Assembly: GCA_029260055.1 (NCBI GenBank)
Contig: JAJDDX010000424.1
Location: 20,586-84,585 of the forward strand
DNA from: Phycisphaerae bacterium
GTDB taxonomy: Bacteria; Planctomycetota; Phycisphaerae; UBA1845
Direction: 5' to 3'
DNA: 64,000 bases
Within the stretch, counting starts at the first letter, position 1. Every line of letters begins with the position of its first letter. Under the pieces are notes generated by a model. It was not told the DNA's origin. It saw only the letters and a list, made by a program, of their open reading frames with translations, and did not search any database. Of the stretch, positions 1-9,700 are shown piece after piece. The position numbers were made by a program, and so were the translations under genes.

Positions 1-118
1 CGACGTAATCCGTCACCAATGATCGAGTCGAGGAAGAAGTTCCACGCGTCGTCCAAAAGAGTGCGCCCGCCACGAGCGCGACCAGGACCACTCCTCCTAG
101 GATCACTTTCGGCTTCAT
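1..118 (-). CDS. 5' part of a membrane-anchored protein, probably a second efflux periplasmic adaptor (runs off the window)
   Basis: Manual translation of the minus strand from ATG at 118 gives MKPKVILGGVVLVALVAGALFWTTRGTSSSTRSLVTDYV..., a basic N-terminus plus one TM helix. It follows an efflux operon on the same strand. Not in the ORF track; product is inferred from context only. Confidence 0.55.
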   Translation of the reverse strand, partial: MKPKVILGGVVLVALVAGALFWTTRGTSSSTRSLVTDYV

Positions 119-191
119 CTTCGTCTTATCCAATCATGCTTGGTGTGGTTCGCTTCGACGCCAACGCGTGCGCCGATCCGAGTGTACGTGG

Positions 192-1442
192 TCAAGGCCG
201 CTGGCCTCGCTGAGCCATTGTGTCAAGGTAGCGCTGCAGGGACAACAGCGCGAATCCGGTGCCCCATTTGTTGCCGTAATCCGCGGCGGCTGTGTCCCAC
301 CAGCTACCGTCCTCCTCCTGCGTCCGGATCATAGTCCACGCAAGACGGTCCCATCGCTCCTGCGGATAGTCCTTGCCCAGGAGCATAGCCAACTCGGTGG
401 CGTAGTTGTAGCCGTAGAAGTAGAAGTAGCCTGAAATCTGATGGACCGCGGTGTGGGGTTGGATCAGCTTGCGTCCGTCTTCCAGGTAGTTCTCGCCTTC
501 CTTGAACACGGCGAAGCTCGTCAGGATGTCGTCACGGTCGAAGCGCCCGACGGTGTGCAATGCCAGCGCCGCGACGACCGTGCGCGATCCCGCACCGAGC
601 TTCTTCAACATACTCGAAGGCCTGTTTCGATGGGCCGACGAGTAGACGAAGCTTCCGTCCGGTACGCGCATGAGCTGCAGAATGCGGGCGGCGTCATCGA
701 CCATGCCCTTCTTGACGGGCAGCCCGAGATCCTCGGCTCGTTTGAGGCAGATGATCATGTTGGCCGTCGTGAAGGACATCGAGTCGAAATCGCCCATCGG
801 CGAGGCGTAGTATCCCCATCCGCCTTCGTGCTGCTGGTACTTGGCAAGACCTTCGATGCAGATGGCGGCTGCCGTGCGGATCCGGTCGCGGAAGGGCTTG
901 CTGTCGTCGTGCGAGAGCCAGCGCGTCAGGAAGTCCAGTTTGTAGCAGTATCCCCAGATGTTGAAGCTTTCGCCTTTGTTGTAAGCGAATTTGGCGGTGT
1001 CCAGCAGGGCTTCCTGTGCCTTGAACAACGCTGCTTGCTGCTCCGCTGTGCGGTTCGGCGTCTCCATCAAGGCGTGGGCACAGATCGCGGTGCACGCCAA
1101 GCGCACGCCATCGTTGCTGCCACGGTTGCCCGTCTGGAATCCGAAGTCTTTGAGGCTTGCGACTTGTGGGTCGTGCGAGCCCCAGGTCCCGTCCTTGTTC
1201 TGCGATCTGACGAGGAAGTCGAGCCCGTCCTTGCGAGCTTCGACAGCCCGCTCGATGAGTTGCTTCGTTGACAGCGTCGGATCGAGTTGGTGTGCGTCCT
1301 CGCGGACAGGCTTCTTCTTATCTTGTATTTGCCTGTCCTGTGCCGACGCGCCAAGCGCACAGGCGCACACGGCCAACACGAAAGGTACGAGCACGCTTGC
1401 CGTTCGAGCCAGGCGGGATGCAGGTAAGCTTCGGTGGCTCAT
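192..1442 (-). CDS. Secreted prenyltransferase/squalene-oxidase-repeat (alpha/alpha toroid) protein
   Basis: Signal peptide. QW-like repeats QNKDGTWG, QQHEGGWGY, RVPDGSFVY and QEEDGSWW. No DxDD cyclase motif seen. Confidence 0.75.
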   Translation of the reverse strand: MSHRSLPASRLARTASVLVPFVLAVCACALGASAQDRQIQDKKKPVREDAHQLDPTLSTKQLIERAVEARKDGLDFLVRSQNKDGTWGSHDPQVASLKDFGFQTGNRGSNDGVRLACTAICAHALMETPNRTAEQQAALFKAQEALLDTAKFAYNKGESFNIWGYCYKLDFLTRWLSHDDSKPFRDRIRTAAAICIEGLAKYQQHEGGWGYYASPMGDFDSMSFTTANMIICLKRAEDLGLPVKKGMVDDAARILQLMRVPDGSFVYSSAHRNRPSSMLKKLGAGSRTVVAALALHTVGRFDRDDILTSFAVFKEGENYLEDGRKLIQPHTAVHQISGYFYFYGYNYATELAMLLGKDYPQERWDRLAWTMIRTQEEDGSWWDTAAADYGNKWGTGFALLSLQRYLDTMAQRGQRP

Positions 1443-1448
1443 GTCCGA

Positions 1449-2717
1449 TTACTCCGCCCGAAGTGCCAGCACGGGATCGAGGCGGGCGGCGTTGATGGCC
1501 GGCACCGTCCCGAAGATAAGACCCGTCAGTACGGAGACAATGATACCCAGTGGGAAAGAGAGCGGCTGAAACGCGACGGTCCAATCGGCCAGGGAACCAA
1601 CAGCCACGGCAAGCGCGGCTCCCGTCCCGACGCCGATGGCACCGCCCAGGCAGCACAATAGCGCGCTTTCCCCGACAAAGAGCCGTACGATATCCCGACG
1701 CGTCGCCCCGAGCGCGCGACGAAGCCCGATCTCCTGCCGCCGCTCCGCCATGTTGGCCAGCATGATGTTCATGATGCCGATGCCACCGACGAGCAGCGAG
1801 ATGGCAGCCAGTGATCCCATCACCCAGCGGAAGATCTGCTCGGCCTGCTTGTGCTCTTTCAGCAGCGAAAACGGTATCGTGACGGCGACGTCGTCTTGCC
1901 TGTGACGCTGACGCATCAGATTCTGTGCCGCCTGAGCGACAAGCTTCAGCGGCTTGCCGTCGCGGACCCGCAGGACCGCACGGTTCACTTCCAATTCCGT
2001 CGCTTCGCTGACGCCTTGTCCGCCGCGCGTCTGGAGTTTGCCAAACCGTGCGAACGACGTGGCGAAGGGAATATAGGCTGCGTTGTCGGGGTTCGACAGA
2101 ATTCCACCGCTGCCCGTCTGCCCCTTGCGCGGCATGACGCCCACGACCTTGAAGTGTGCTCCGCCGATCTTGACGACCTCGTCCACCGCGGATGAGAGTG
2201 GGAAGAGCTTGCGGGCCGCATCGGCTCCCAACACGCAGACAGCCGACGCGTTGGCTTCATCCGCGGCTGCCAGAAACCGACCCGAAGCTACGTGGTGTTC
2301 CATCACTTCGGTGTACTCCGGCGTCGTAGCGACGACGTTGATGTCCGAGAGTTGGAGGTTCGCGTAGACATCAGAGAGCATGACACGCATCGGCACGATG
2401 CTCTCGATCTCCGGCACGGTCTCTTTGAGGATATCCAGGTCCAGTCGAGTCATCCCGAAGCGAGCGACCCATGAATCCTCCGAGCGTTGTCGTTCCTGCT
2501 TTCGGATGTCCTCGGGTTTGACGCTGTCGAGGATGAGGTTGTGCAAGCCCATCCGCTCGATGCGCCCGATGACGTCGCGGCGGGCCACCTCGCTGATCGA
2601 TAGCATGCAAATGACCGAAGCCACACCGAAAATGATGCCGAGCGCCGCAAGGAACGAGCGCGTCTTGTGCAGCATCAGGTTCTGCCAAGCTTCGGCAACC
2701 AGTTTAAGTTGAGCCAT
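1449..2717 (-). CDS. MacB/FtsX-family ABC transporter permease
   Basis: RSFLAALGIIFGVASVI N-terminal TM, periplasmic domain, ISLLVGGIGIMNIML...ERRQEIGLRRALGA, and C-terminal PAINAARLDPVLALRAE. Confidence 0.93.
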   Translation of the reverse strand: MAQLKLVAEAWQNLMLHKTRSFLAALGIIFGVASVICMLSISEVARRDVIGRIERMGLHNLILDSVKPEDIRKQERQRSEDSWVARFGMTRLDLDILKETVPEIESIVPMRVMLSDVYANLQLSDINVVATTPEYTEVMEHHVASGRFLAAADEANASAVCVLGADAARKLFPLSSAVDEVVKIGGAHFKVVGVMPRKGQTGSGGILSNPDNAAYIPFATSFARFGKLQTRGGQGVSEATELEVNRAVLRVRDGKPLKLVAQAAQNLMRQRHRQDDVAVTIPFSLLKEHKQAEQIFRWVMGSLAAISLLVGGIGIMNIMLANMAERRQEIGLRRALGATRRDIVRLFVGESALLCCLGGAIGVGTGAALAVAVGSLADWTVAFQPLSFPLGIIVSVLTGLIFGTVPAINAARLDPVLALRAE

Positions 2718-3387
2718 TTACCACCTCGCCATCTTTCAGACGGATGCAGCGATCGGTGCGCGCCGCTAACTGTGCATCGTGGGTTACGATGATGATCGTC
2801 TTGCCCTCTTCATTCAGCGATTTGAGGAGGTTATACACCTCGTCGCCGTTCTCTTCGTCCAGGTTGCCGGTCGGCTCGTCCGCGAGAATCAGGCTCGGGT
2901 CGGTGAGCAGAGCCCGGGCGATCGCCACACGCTGCATCTCACCGTTGGACAGCTCGGTGGGGCGATGGTCGATCCGGTGGGAAAGCCCCACGCGATCCAC
3001 CAGTTCGAGCGCGCGTTTCCGCGTGTCGGTGCTCGACGTCTCCGGTGCGTACCGAGCGGAGAGGAGGACGTTCTCCAGCACCTTGATTTGCGGCACGAGG
3101 TGGAAAGACTGGAAGATGAATCCGATCTCCTTGCCGCGAACCTGGGAGCGTTCAAAGTCGCTCAATCCGTGCGCTTGCCGGCCACGAATCCGGTACTCGC
3201 CGGACGTGGGGCTGGTCAGCAGCCCGAGCAGGTAGAGCAGCGTCGATTTGCCCGATCCGGACTTGCCGACGATGGACATGAACTCAGCCTCTTCGATCGT
3301 GAGGCTGACCTGCCGCAGCGCGTGGACGTCGCCGCCGCGCATCGCGTAGACCTTCGAGATGTTGTCGATCGCAATCAGCGGGTCCAC
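2704..3387 (-). CDS. ABC transporter ATP-binding protein (LolD/MacB type)
   Basis: Walker A GKSGSGKST, GFIFQSFHL, signature LSNGEMQRVAIARAL, LILADEPTGNLD, VTHD. Overlaps the permease start. Confidence 0.95.
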   Translation of the reverse strand: MDPLIAIDNISKVYAMRGGDVHALRQVSLTIEEAEFMSIVGKSGSGKSTLLYLLGLLTSPTSGEYRIRGRQAHGLSDFERSQVRGKEIGFIFQSFHLVPQIKVLENVLLSARYAPETSSTDTRKRALELVDRVGLSHRIDHRPTELSNGEMQRVAIARALLTDPSLILADEPTGNLDEENGDEVYNLLKSLNEEGKTIIIVTHDAQLAARTDRCIRLKDGEVVNGST

Positions 3388-3390
3388 GGT

Positions 3391-4884
3391 CTACTCCTTA
3401 TCGGGATCGTAAAGCGTGACCCGCTCGCCGGGCCGCAGCCCTTCGGTGATTTCGACATACTTGCCGTTGGTGGCGCCGACCTTGACTTGGCGCCTGTCGG
3501 CGCGGTCGCCATCCTTGACGAGGCAGTAGTGCTCGCCCTCTTGCGAGAACACAGCCAGCACAGGCACCTGGACCGCGTCGGGCACCGCATCGGCGTGAAC
3601 CGTGACGCGGCAGTTCATGCCGGACCGCAACTGCTGGTAGATGCCTTCGTACTTCCCTCGCACCGTGAACTCACGCAGCTCCGACAGGAAACCCTGTCGC
3701 GATGCCACCTGGTCCACCTTCGTGATCTTGCCCGCGATCTTCAACGCCGGAAACGCGTCGGGTCGAACCGTCAGGGCGAGGCCTTCTTTCATGTGCTGAA
3801 TGTCGTTTTCGAAGACGCGCATCTTGACGGAGAGGTTTTCCATGGATGCAACGGTGATCAGAATCTGGTGCGTCCGCACCCGGCCACCGATGCGCATCTC
3901 GTCTCCGGCGCCACCACCGAACATCATCACGCCGGCGGGCATCTCATTTCCCATCGACCCGTAGAAGACGATGCCGTCCCGAGGGGCTAAAAGGCTGAGG
4001 TGCTTGCCGTCCTCTTCGTACTTGCCCAGCTCCCGTTTCGCCTTGTCGAGCTCCCGCTGCGCCTTGCTGGCGGCCGCACTCTTCTCGGCGAGCTCGGCCG
4101 AAAACTCGATCTGCTTCTTCTTGAGCTCCGCTTCCTTCTTGTTGACCTCGAGCCCCTTGGTCTTTACGTCCTCCTGGTTCTCGTAGGTCTTGTAGTGCTC
4201 GACGTCGCGAACGGTGTTCTTCAGTGCCAACTCGAGGTTCTCGATCTGGCGCTGCTCACGTTCGATGAGGATATTCTCGGTGGCTGTGTGTAGCTCTCGC
4301 TCGACGTAGAGCTGCTTGAGTTGTTCGAAGTCGACCTTGGCATCCGCCAGCCGGTCCTTGGCGTCCTTGATGTCCTTGGCCTGCTTGTCCTCGAGCTCGT
4401 GCTTCGCCTTCTTGGCGGCTCCCTCTGCCGCGAGCTTGGCCATCTCGAGTTCGGTTTCGAGCTGGTGTAGCGTCGCTTGTTGATCGATCTGGCCCGCGTC
4501 GTGGTCCGCCTGAGCCTTGTTCCGCGCGACTTCCTTGTCCGTCACTTCGTTTCTGGCGTCCTCCAGGGCCCGATCCAGGTTGTCCTGGTCGAACTCCATC
4601 AGAACGTCATCCTTCTTGACCTCGGTGCCTTCCGGGACAAGTGACGTGACGATGAGGTCGCCCTTGTATGCCTTGGGCTCGACGCGAAGCTCATCCTTGT
4701 CTTCCGCCTCGAACGTGCCCGAAAGCTCGACCTCGATCGGAAGGTCCTTCTTGACGACCTCGGCCTCCAGCGTGCCGCCTTGCCCGCCCCCGGCGTAGGC
4801 CGATGCCGGACCTGAGAGGAGCAGGGCGGCTGTGATGCACAGGCAGCCCCACCGACCATACGGATTACTTCTCACTCGACTCAT
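3391..4884 (-). CDS. HlyD/MacA-family periplasmic adaptor subunit with long coiled coil
   Basis: Signal/TM segment, lipoyl-like halves (LVPEGTEVKKDDVL; APRDGIVFY), long alpha-hairpin, LRSGM, C-terminal VEITEGLRPGERV. Confidence 0.88.
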   Translation of the reverse strand: MSRVRSNPYGRWGCLCITAALLLSGPASAYAGGGQGGTLEAEVVKKDLPIEVELSGTFEAEDKDELRVEPKAYKGDLIVTSLVPEGTEVKKDDVLMEFDQDNLDRALEDARNEVTDKEVARNKAQADHDAGQIDQQATLHQLETELEMAKLAAEGAAKKAKHELEDKQAKDIKDAKDRLADAKVDFEQLKQLYVERELHTATENILIEREQRQIENLELALKNTVRDVEHYKTYENQEDVKTKGLEVNKKEAELKKKQIEFSAELAEKSAAASKAQRELDKAKRELGKYEEDGKHLSLLAPRDGIVFYGSMGNEMPAGVMMFGGGAGDEMRIGGRVRTHQILITVASMENLSVKMRVFENDIQHMKEGLALTVRPDAFPALKIAGKITKVDQVASRQGFLSELREFTVRGKYEGIYQQLRSGMNCRVTVHADAVPDAVQVPVLAVFSQEGEHYCLVKDGDRADRRQVKVGATNGKYVEITEGLRPGERVTLYDPDKE

Positions 4885-5287
4885 AGCGTTTTCTCCCAGC
4901 CGCTTCTTTATGCTGTGGATGACGACCGTCTGTATTTCGCCTTGGGAATCAGCACGGAAGGCGTTTTTCCCCGCCCGTCGCCCAGGTTCACTTTGCGGAA
5001 TCTATCTAGGTTGACGACCAGCGCCGGAGCCCAAGCTCCTGCTTACAAGACGAGCGTTGCGAGCGTAACCCGCCACGAAAACCGGTTTCTTTGAAGAAAA
5101 ACCGGCAGTTCCCAGGTGGCGGGCACGACCCCCTCGCCCGCGCGAGGACGGCTGGTGGTGCCGGGAATCGGCCCCGGAACGGGCTCCTTCGAAGCGAGTT
5201 GGCTTCGACTTGCGTTGGTCGTAACCTTGGCGGCGGCGTAATCCCGGGCTTCGGCTGCTGCCGCGCCCTTTCCGCACGAGGGCTGCC

Positions 5288-6115
5288 GTGGCCTCTGTAC
5301 ACTGGATGACCATGGTGATCGCAAACGATGACGAGAGCGCGGCCGGTGAAGGCGCGTCCATTGAGTCCGTTCCGGGGCACGTATTCCTGGCCAAGATGGG
5401 CAAGAAGCTTCTTCGCCCCGGAGGCCGTCGAGCCACGGAAGAGCTGTTCACGCTGGCCGACCTGAAGCCGGGTGAGCGAGTCTGCGAGATCGCCACGAAT
5501 CGCGCGGTGACCGCCATGGAGTTGGCCGGGCGGTTCGGCGTTGAGGTGGATGGTGTCGACGCGAGTGAGGACTTCCTGTCGCTCGCTCGAAGGAACGTTG
5601 CCGCCCGCGGCTTGCAGGATCGCGTTCGGCTTCACGTGGGCAAGGGTCATGAGTTGCCGTTTGACGACGGCTCGTTCGATGTGGTGACCGCTGAGGCGGT
5701 GATCACGATGCTCCCGCTGAAGCGGAAGGCCGAGACGGTGACGGAGGCTGCGCGGGTGCTTCGGCCAGGCGGGCGTCTGGTGATCCACGAATTGGCGTGG
5801 GCTGACGACACGGAGACGGAGATTCAAAAGGAATTGGTCGCCGCCATTCGTCACGGTGCCAACCCGCTGACCATGGAGCAGTGGAAGGCTCTGGCCACAG
5901 AGGCGGGGCTGGGCGATGTCACCGTGCGTACGGGTATGATGTCGTTGATGTCGCCGCGCGGCCTGATTCGCGATGAAGGGATCGGCGGCGTGTGCCGGAT
6001 AGGGTTCAACGTGCTGCGCACACGCGGCGCGTTTTCCCGTTTCAAGACGATGGCGCGTTTCTTCCGGCGCCATCACCAGCGACTGCGTTACATCGTGATG
6101 TGTGCGGTGAAGTGA
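5288..6115 (+). CDS. Class I SAM-dependent methyltransferase (true start may be ATG 5306 or 5312)
   Basis: LRPGG, VCEIA motif I variant, GVDAS, LPFDDGSFDVV, RVLRPGGRL. Confidence 0.88.
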   Translation: MASVHWMTMVIANDDESAAGEGASIESVPGHVFLAKMGKKLLRPGGRRATEELFTLADLKPGERVCEIATNRAVTAMELAGRFGVEVDGVDASEDFLSLARRNVAARGLQDRVRLHVGKGHELPFDDGSFDVVTAEAVITMLPLKRKAETVTEAARVLRPGGRLVIHELAWADDTETEIQKELVAAIRHGANPLTMEQWKALATEAGLGDVTVRTGMMSLMSPRGLIRDEGIGGVCRIGFNVLRTRGAFSRFKTMARFFRRHHQRLRYIVMCAVK

Positions 6116-6204
6116 GCCGACACGGCGGCCGCGCCCAATGACCGGCGATCGGCTCAGTCGGTGCCGCTGACATCATGGTCGCGGTTATCGTCGTGGCCCG
6201 CCGA

Positions 6205-6690
6205 TCACGAGCCGCCGGAGATCAGGCCCACCAGCTTCTTGATTAGCGGCGTGATCATCGCGCTATCCGTGGGCTTTTTGATGAATTTGAAGGTCCAGCG
6301 GCCCTCTTTGTCGCGGGTGATCTCGATGTGGCTTTGCAGGGCGAACAGCGCCGCGCTCATGAGCACCGTGGCGCTGACGGGGTCCAGGGCGAAGGATCGC
6401 ATCTGCCCGCTGGAGGCATGGTTGATGAGGCTCTCAATGGGCCCGGCGTAGCGCTCGTCGCAGGCCAGCAACGCGAGCGTCTGGCGGGCGACTTCGGCTT
6501 GCGGCGCGGCGGCGGTTGCATCCGGAACGTCGAACTCGTCGCGCAGGGCGCTGCCGAGGTCGGGCGTCCACTCGAGCGTGCATTCGCCGGCGAGCTCACG
6601 CGGCTTGATGACCGCATCGAGTAGGCGCACGGCCGCCGCGTCGTCGAGTTCGCCGATGTTCCGCGCCAGTTCGGCGGCGTTCGTGGTCAT
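6205..6690 (-). CDS. Small hypothetical protein (161 aa) directly downstream of the CHAT-STAND-TPR gene
   Basis: ATG at 6690 preceded by GAAGGA RBS; 43 nt after the upstream stop. C-terminal third has a hydrophobic helix, a beta-hairpin-like segment and an amphipathic helix. Confidence 0.75.
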   Translation of the reverse strand: MTTNAAELARNIGELDDAAAVRLLDAVIKPRELAGECTLEWTPDLGSALRDEFDVPDATAAAPQAEVARQTLALLACDERYAGPIESLINHASSGQMRSFALDPVSATVLMSAALFALQSHIEITRDKEGRWTFKFIKKPTDSAMITPLIKKLVGLISGGS

Positions 6691-6733
6691 GTTCGGGTTC
6701 CTTCTCGGTTGCGGTTTTGGTGCTCTTGCGCGC

Positions 6734-9700
6734 TCACTCGTTCGTGGTTGGCGCGGGCGCGCCGTCACCCGCGCTGGCATCGGCGTTTGGACCGGCGGCG
6801 TCACTCGGACTGGCGTCGTCTACATCCGGTATCTCCGGCCACGCGCCGAGCCCCGCTTCGTCCCACATCGCCCGGAGTTTCGCCTGCACGTCGGGCGGCG
6901 CGTGCTTCCAAGTCACGAGATAATTGCGGGCGGTGCGTTCGACTTCGTGCGGAGCGTTGCATCGCATGAATGTCTGGCTGGACTTGATGAGCCACTTCGC
7001 CGCCTCCTCGTCCCGCCCTTGGCGTCCCGCAATGATTCCGAAGTGTTCGTACGTACCGGCTGCGGCATATTCGTCGCCCAGCTTATCGAAGATCGCAAGA
7101 GCCTTGCCATACCACTGTCCGGCTTTCGCAAAGTCATGCCGCTCTTGTGCGAGGTTCCCCAGTTGGCCGTACGTCATGGCCGCATGTTGATCGCTTCGCA
7201 GTTTCTCGAAGCTTGCAACGGCTTTGAGGTACCACTGCTGTGCGGCGACATGCTCCTGCTGTTTCTGGGCGACGATTCCCAGATGGTGGTAGGTCATCGC
7301 GGCGGCGTGTTCATCGTCCTGGTTCTTGTTGATCGCCAGCGACTTGAGACACCACCGTTTTGCGGCGGCGAAGTCGCTCTGCTGTTGCGCTACTATCCCC
7401 AATGCGAGGTAGACCTTAGCGGTGCCGGCATCATCCGGCTGCGCCTCCATTATCGCCAGCGATTTGAGGTACCATCTCTCGGCGGCGGCGGGGTCGTGCT
7501 GCTTGGCCGCGATATTCCCCAGTTGGGCGTACGTGGTGGCGGCGCCAGATTCGTTCCCCGTTTTCTGCTCGATCGCAAGCGACTTGAGATACCACTCCTC
7601 GGCGGCGGCGAAGTCGCGCCGTGCCTCGGCGATCATCCCCAGTTGGTGATAGGCGGCCGACTCTCCCTGGCGGTCTGCTCGCGTCTTCTGCGCGTTCGCT
7701 AGACGCGTGAACAAGTGGGCGGCGCCGGCGAAATCGCGCGCGTTCAGGGCAAACGAACCCATGGACTGCGTTAGGGCGCAGACGCCAATGTCGATGCCAA
7801 GCCGCTCGGCCTCGGTGAGGGCGTGGTGGAAGTTGGCGCTGTGTGCAGCGAAGAATCCTCGCTGTTCGTGGAGTTCTCGCGGGGCAAGTTGGTCGGCTAC
7901 TTGCGCCATCACATCCACAAACGCTCTGGTCCAGATGCCGCGGGCATCGGCGTCCGCTGCTGACAGCGCCGTGGCACTAAGGTAGCCGGTCAGTGCGGGG
8001 TGCATCTCGAAAACCGATGCAACCCGATGGCGAAGCAGGCCCGCTCCGCAGAGCGCCTCTGCGAAGCGATCGATGACCGCGCGTGACGGGCCTTCATCGA
8101 CCTGTTTGGCCATGTGTTCCAGGTAGTTCGCGTCCACGAAGCCCTCGTGCAGGGCAAGCGGAATCAGGAGCGGACGCTGTTCCTCCGGCAGCGAGTCCTC
8201 CACGAACCGCAGCGTGGCGGCCAGTTTGGCGCTGACCTCGTCCTCGTCGAGGCTCAGGTCCGCCAGGTTGCTGCGCAGGGCGGCTGCGAGTTGCCCGGCG
8301 CTGCGCTCGGCGAGCTTGGGGATGATGGCCCGCATCGCCAGCGTGTGGCCACCGAGCAGGTCCATCAGCTCGATCATGTCGCTGTCGGTGCGGTCGACCT
8401 TTAGCCCCTGGTCGCGCAGGACGACCTCGCAGTAGTCCCATCGCTCGTCGCCCTCCAGTCCGCCGATGGTGAGCAGGAATCGGTTTTCGTTTCCCAGCCA
8501 CTCCTCCGTCGAGCGGCTGGTGATGATCACCTTGGTCTTGCCGCCGCGAAGCTTCTTGAGGAAGGTGAGGAGGAGTTCGCGATCCTCGTCGGTCAGGTTT
8601 GCGGTGACCGATGTGCCGGCGATCCCCTTGGCGACCTCGAAGTTGTCCCAGACGATGACGAAGCGGTTTTCCTTGAAGGCGGCTGACAGGGCGTCGAGCT
8701 TTTGCTCCATCGGTGCCTTGATGAAGTCGGGTCCGTAGATCGCCGTGCCCATGCCGTGGATGACGAACTCGGCGTTGCGGATGTCGTTGAACGTGAACCA
8801 GAGGCATCCGTTGCCGAGCCCCTCCGTGGCCTCGAGCCATTGCGCGAAGCCGCGGGCCAGCGTGGTCTTACCAACGCCGCCGAGCCCGTGAATCAGTATC
8901 CCCGCGGGCGGGCGAAGCATTGCCCGTTCCAGGGCGAGCAGCGGGCCGTCGCGGCCGATGAAGCCGTAGGGGTTGTCCTCGTCGCGGGCGCCCTCCGGGA
9001 GTTGCGATTCACCGCGCTGAGCCGTTTTCTTCGCTTCCGTCGCGAAGGAGAAATCCAGGGGCTTCTGCTGGTAGACGACGGGCACGAGCCAATCCTTGAG
9101 CGGGAAGTCGCCTCGCGCGCAGATGCGGCCCGGATGGGCGAGCATTTGCTGCCGCCCCGCGCGCACGCCCTGGGCGACGTTGCCGGCCTCAAAGAGCCGC
9201 TCGTAAAACGCCGGCACGAAGTGTCTTGCGCCGCTGACGTAGAGCGAGTAGGCCATCGCCACCACGCTGCGCATGCCGGACTTCAGCAGCGACGCGGCCA
9301 CCGACGCGAAGGCGTCCTCCGCGTGGGAGTCGATCATCGCGGACTGACAGGCGTTGAGCACGACGGCGGGGACGGCGGATTCTTTCAGCAGGTTGCTGAG
9401 CTGCTCGGTGTCGACCTGGTCGGGCTCGCCCTTCTCGTCTTCAAAGACGAGCACGCCGCGTGAACCTTGCAGGCTGTGTCTCTGGTCGGCCGTCGCGCCG
9501 TCTGGTGAGGTCGTGCCGTAGCCGCCGTGTCCGTCGAAGTGCAGGATGTGGTAATGGTGCGGGTGTTCGCGCAGATGGCGGCGCAGTTGGTCGAAGGTCG
9601 GCGGCCGCAGAACCGTGACGTGGGCGGGGAGGTGATGTTCGTCGATCAACTCCACCAGCGGCCGCGAGATGGAGCGGTATCGCACGTCCTCCTTGTACGG

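Noticed and set aside
192-1442. Squalene-hopene cyclase
   Set aside because: It is too short, has a signal peptide and has no DxDD catalytic motif.
6691-6804. Longer 199-aa version of the small ORF
   Set aside because: The extension overlaps the upstream gene end and is low-complexity, while a good RBS precedes ATG 6690.
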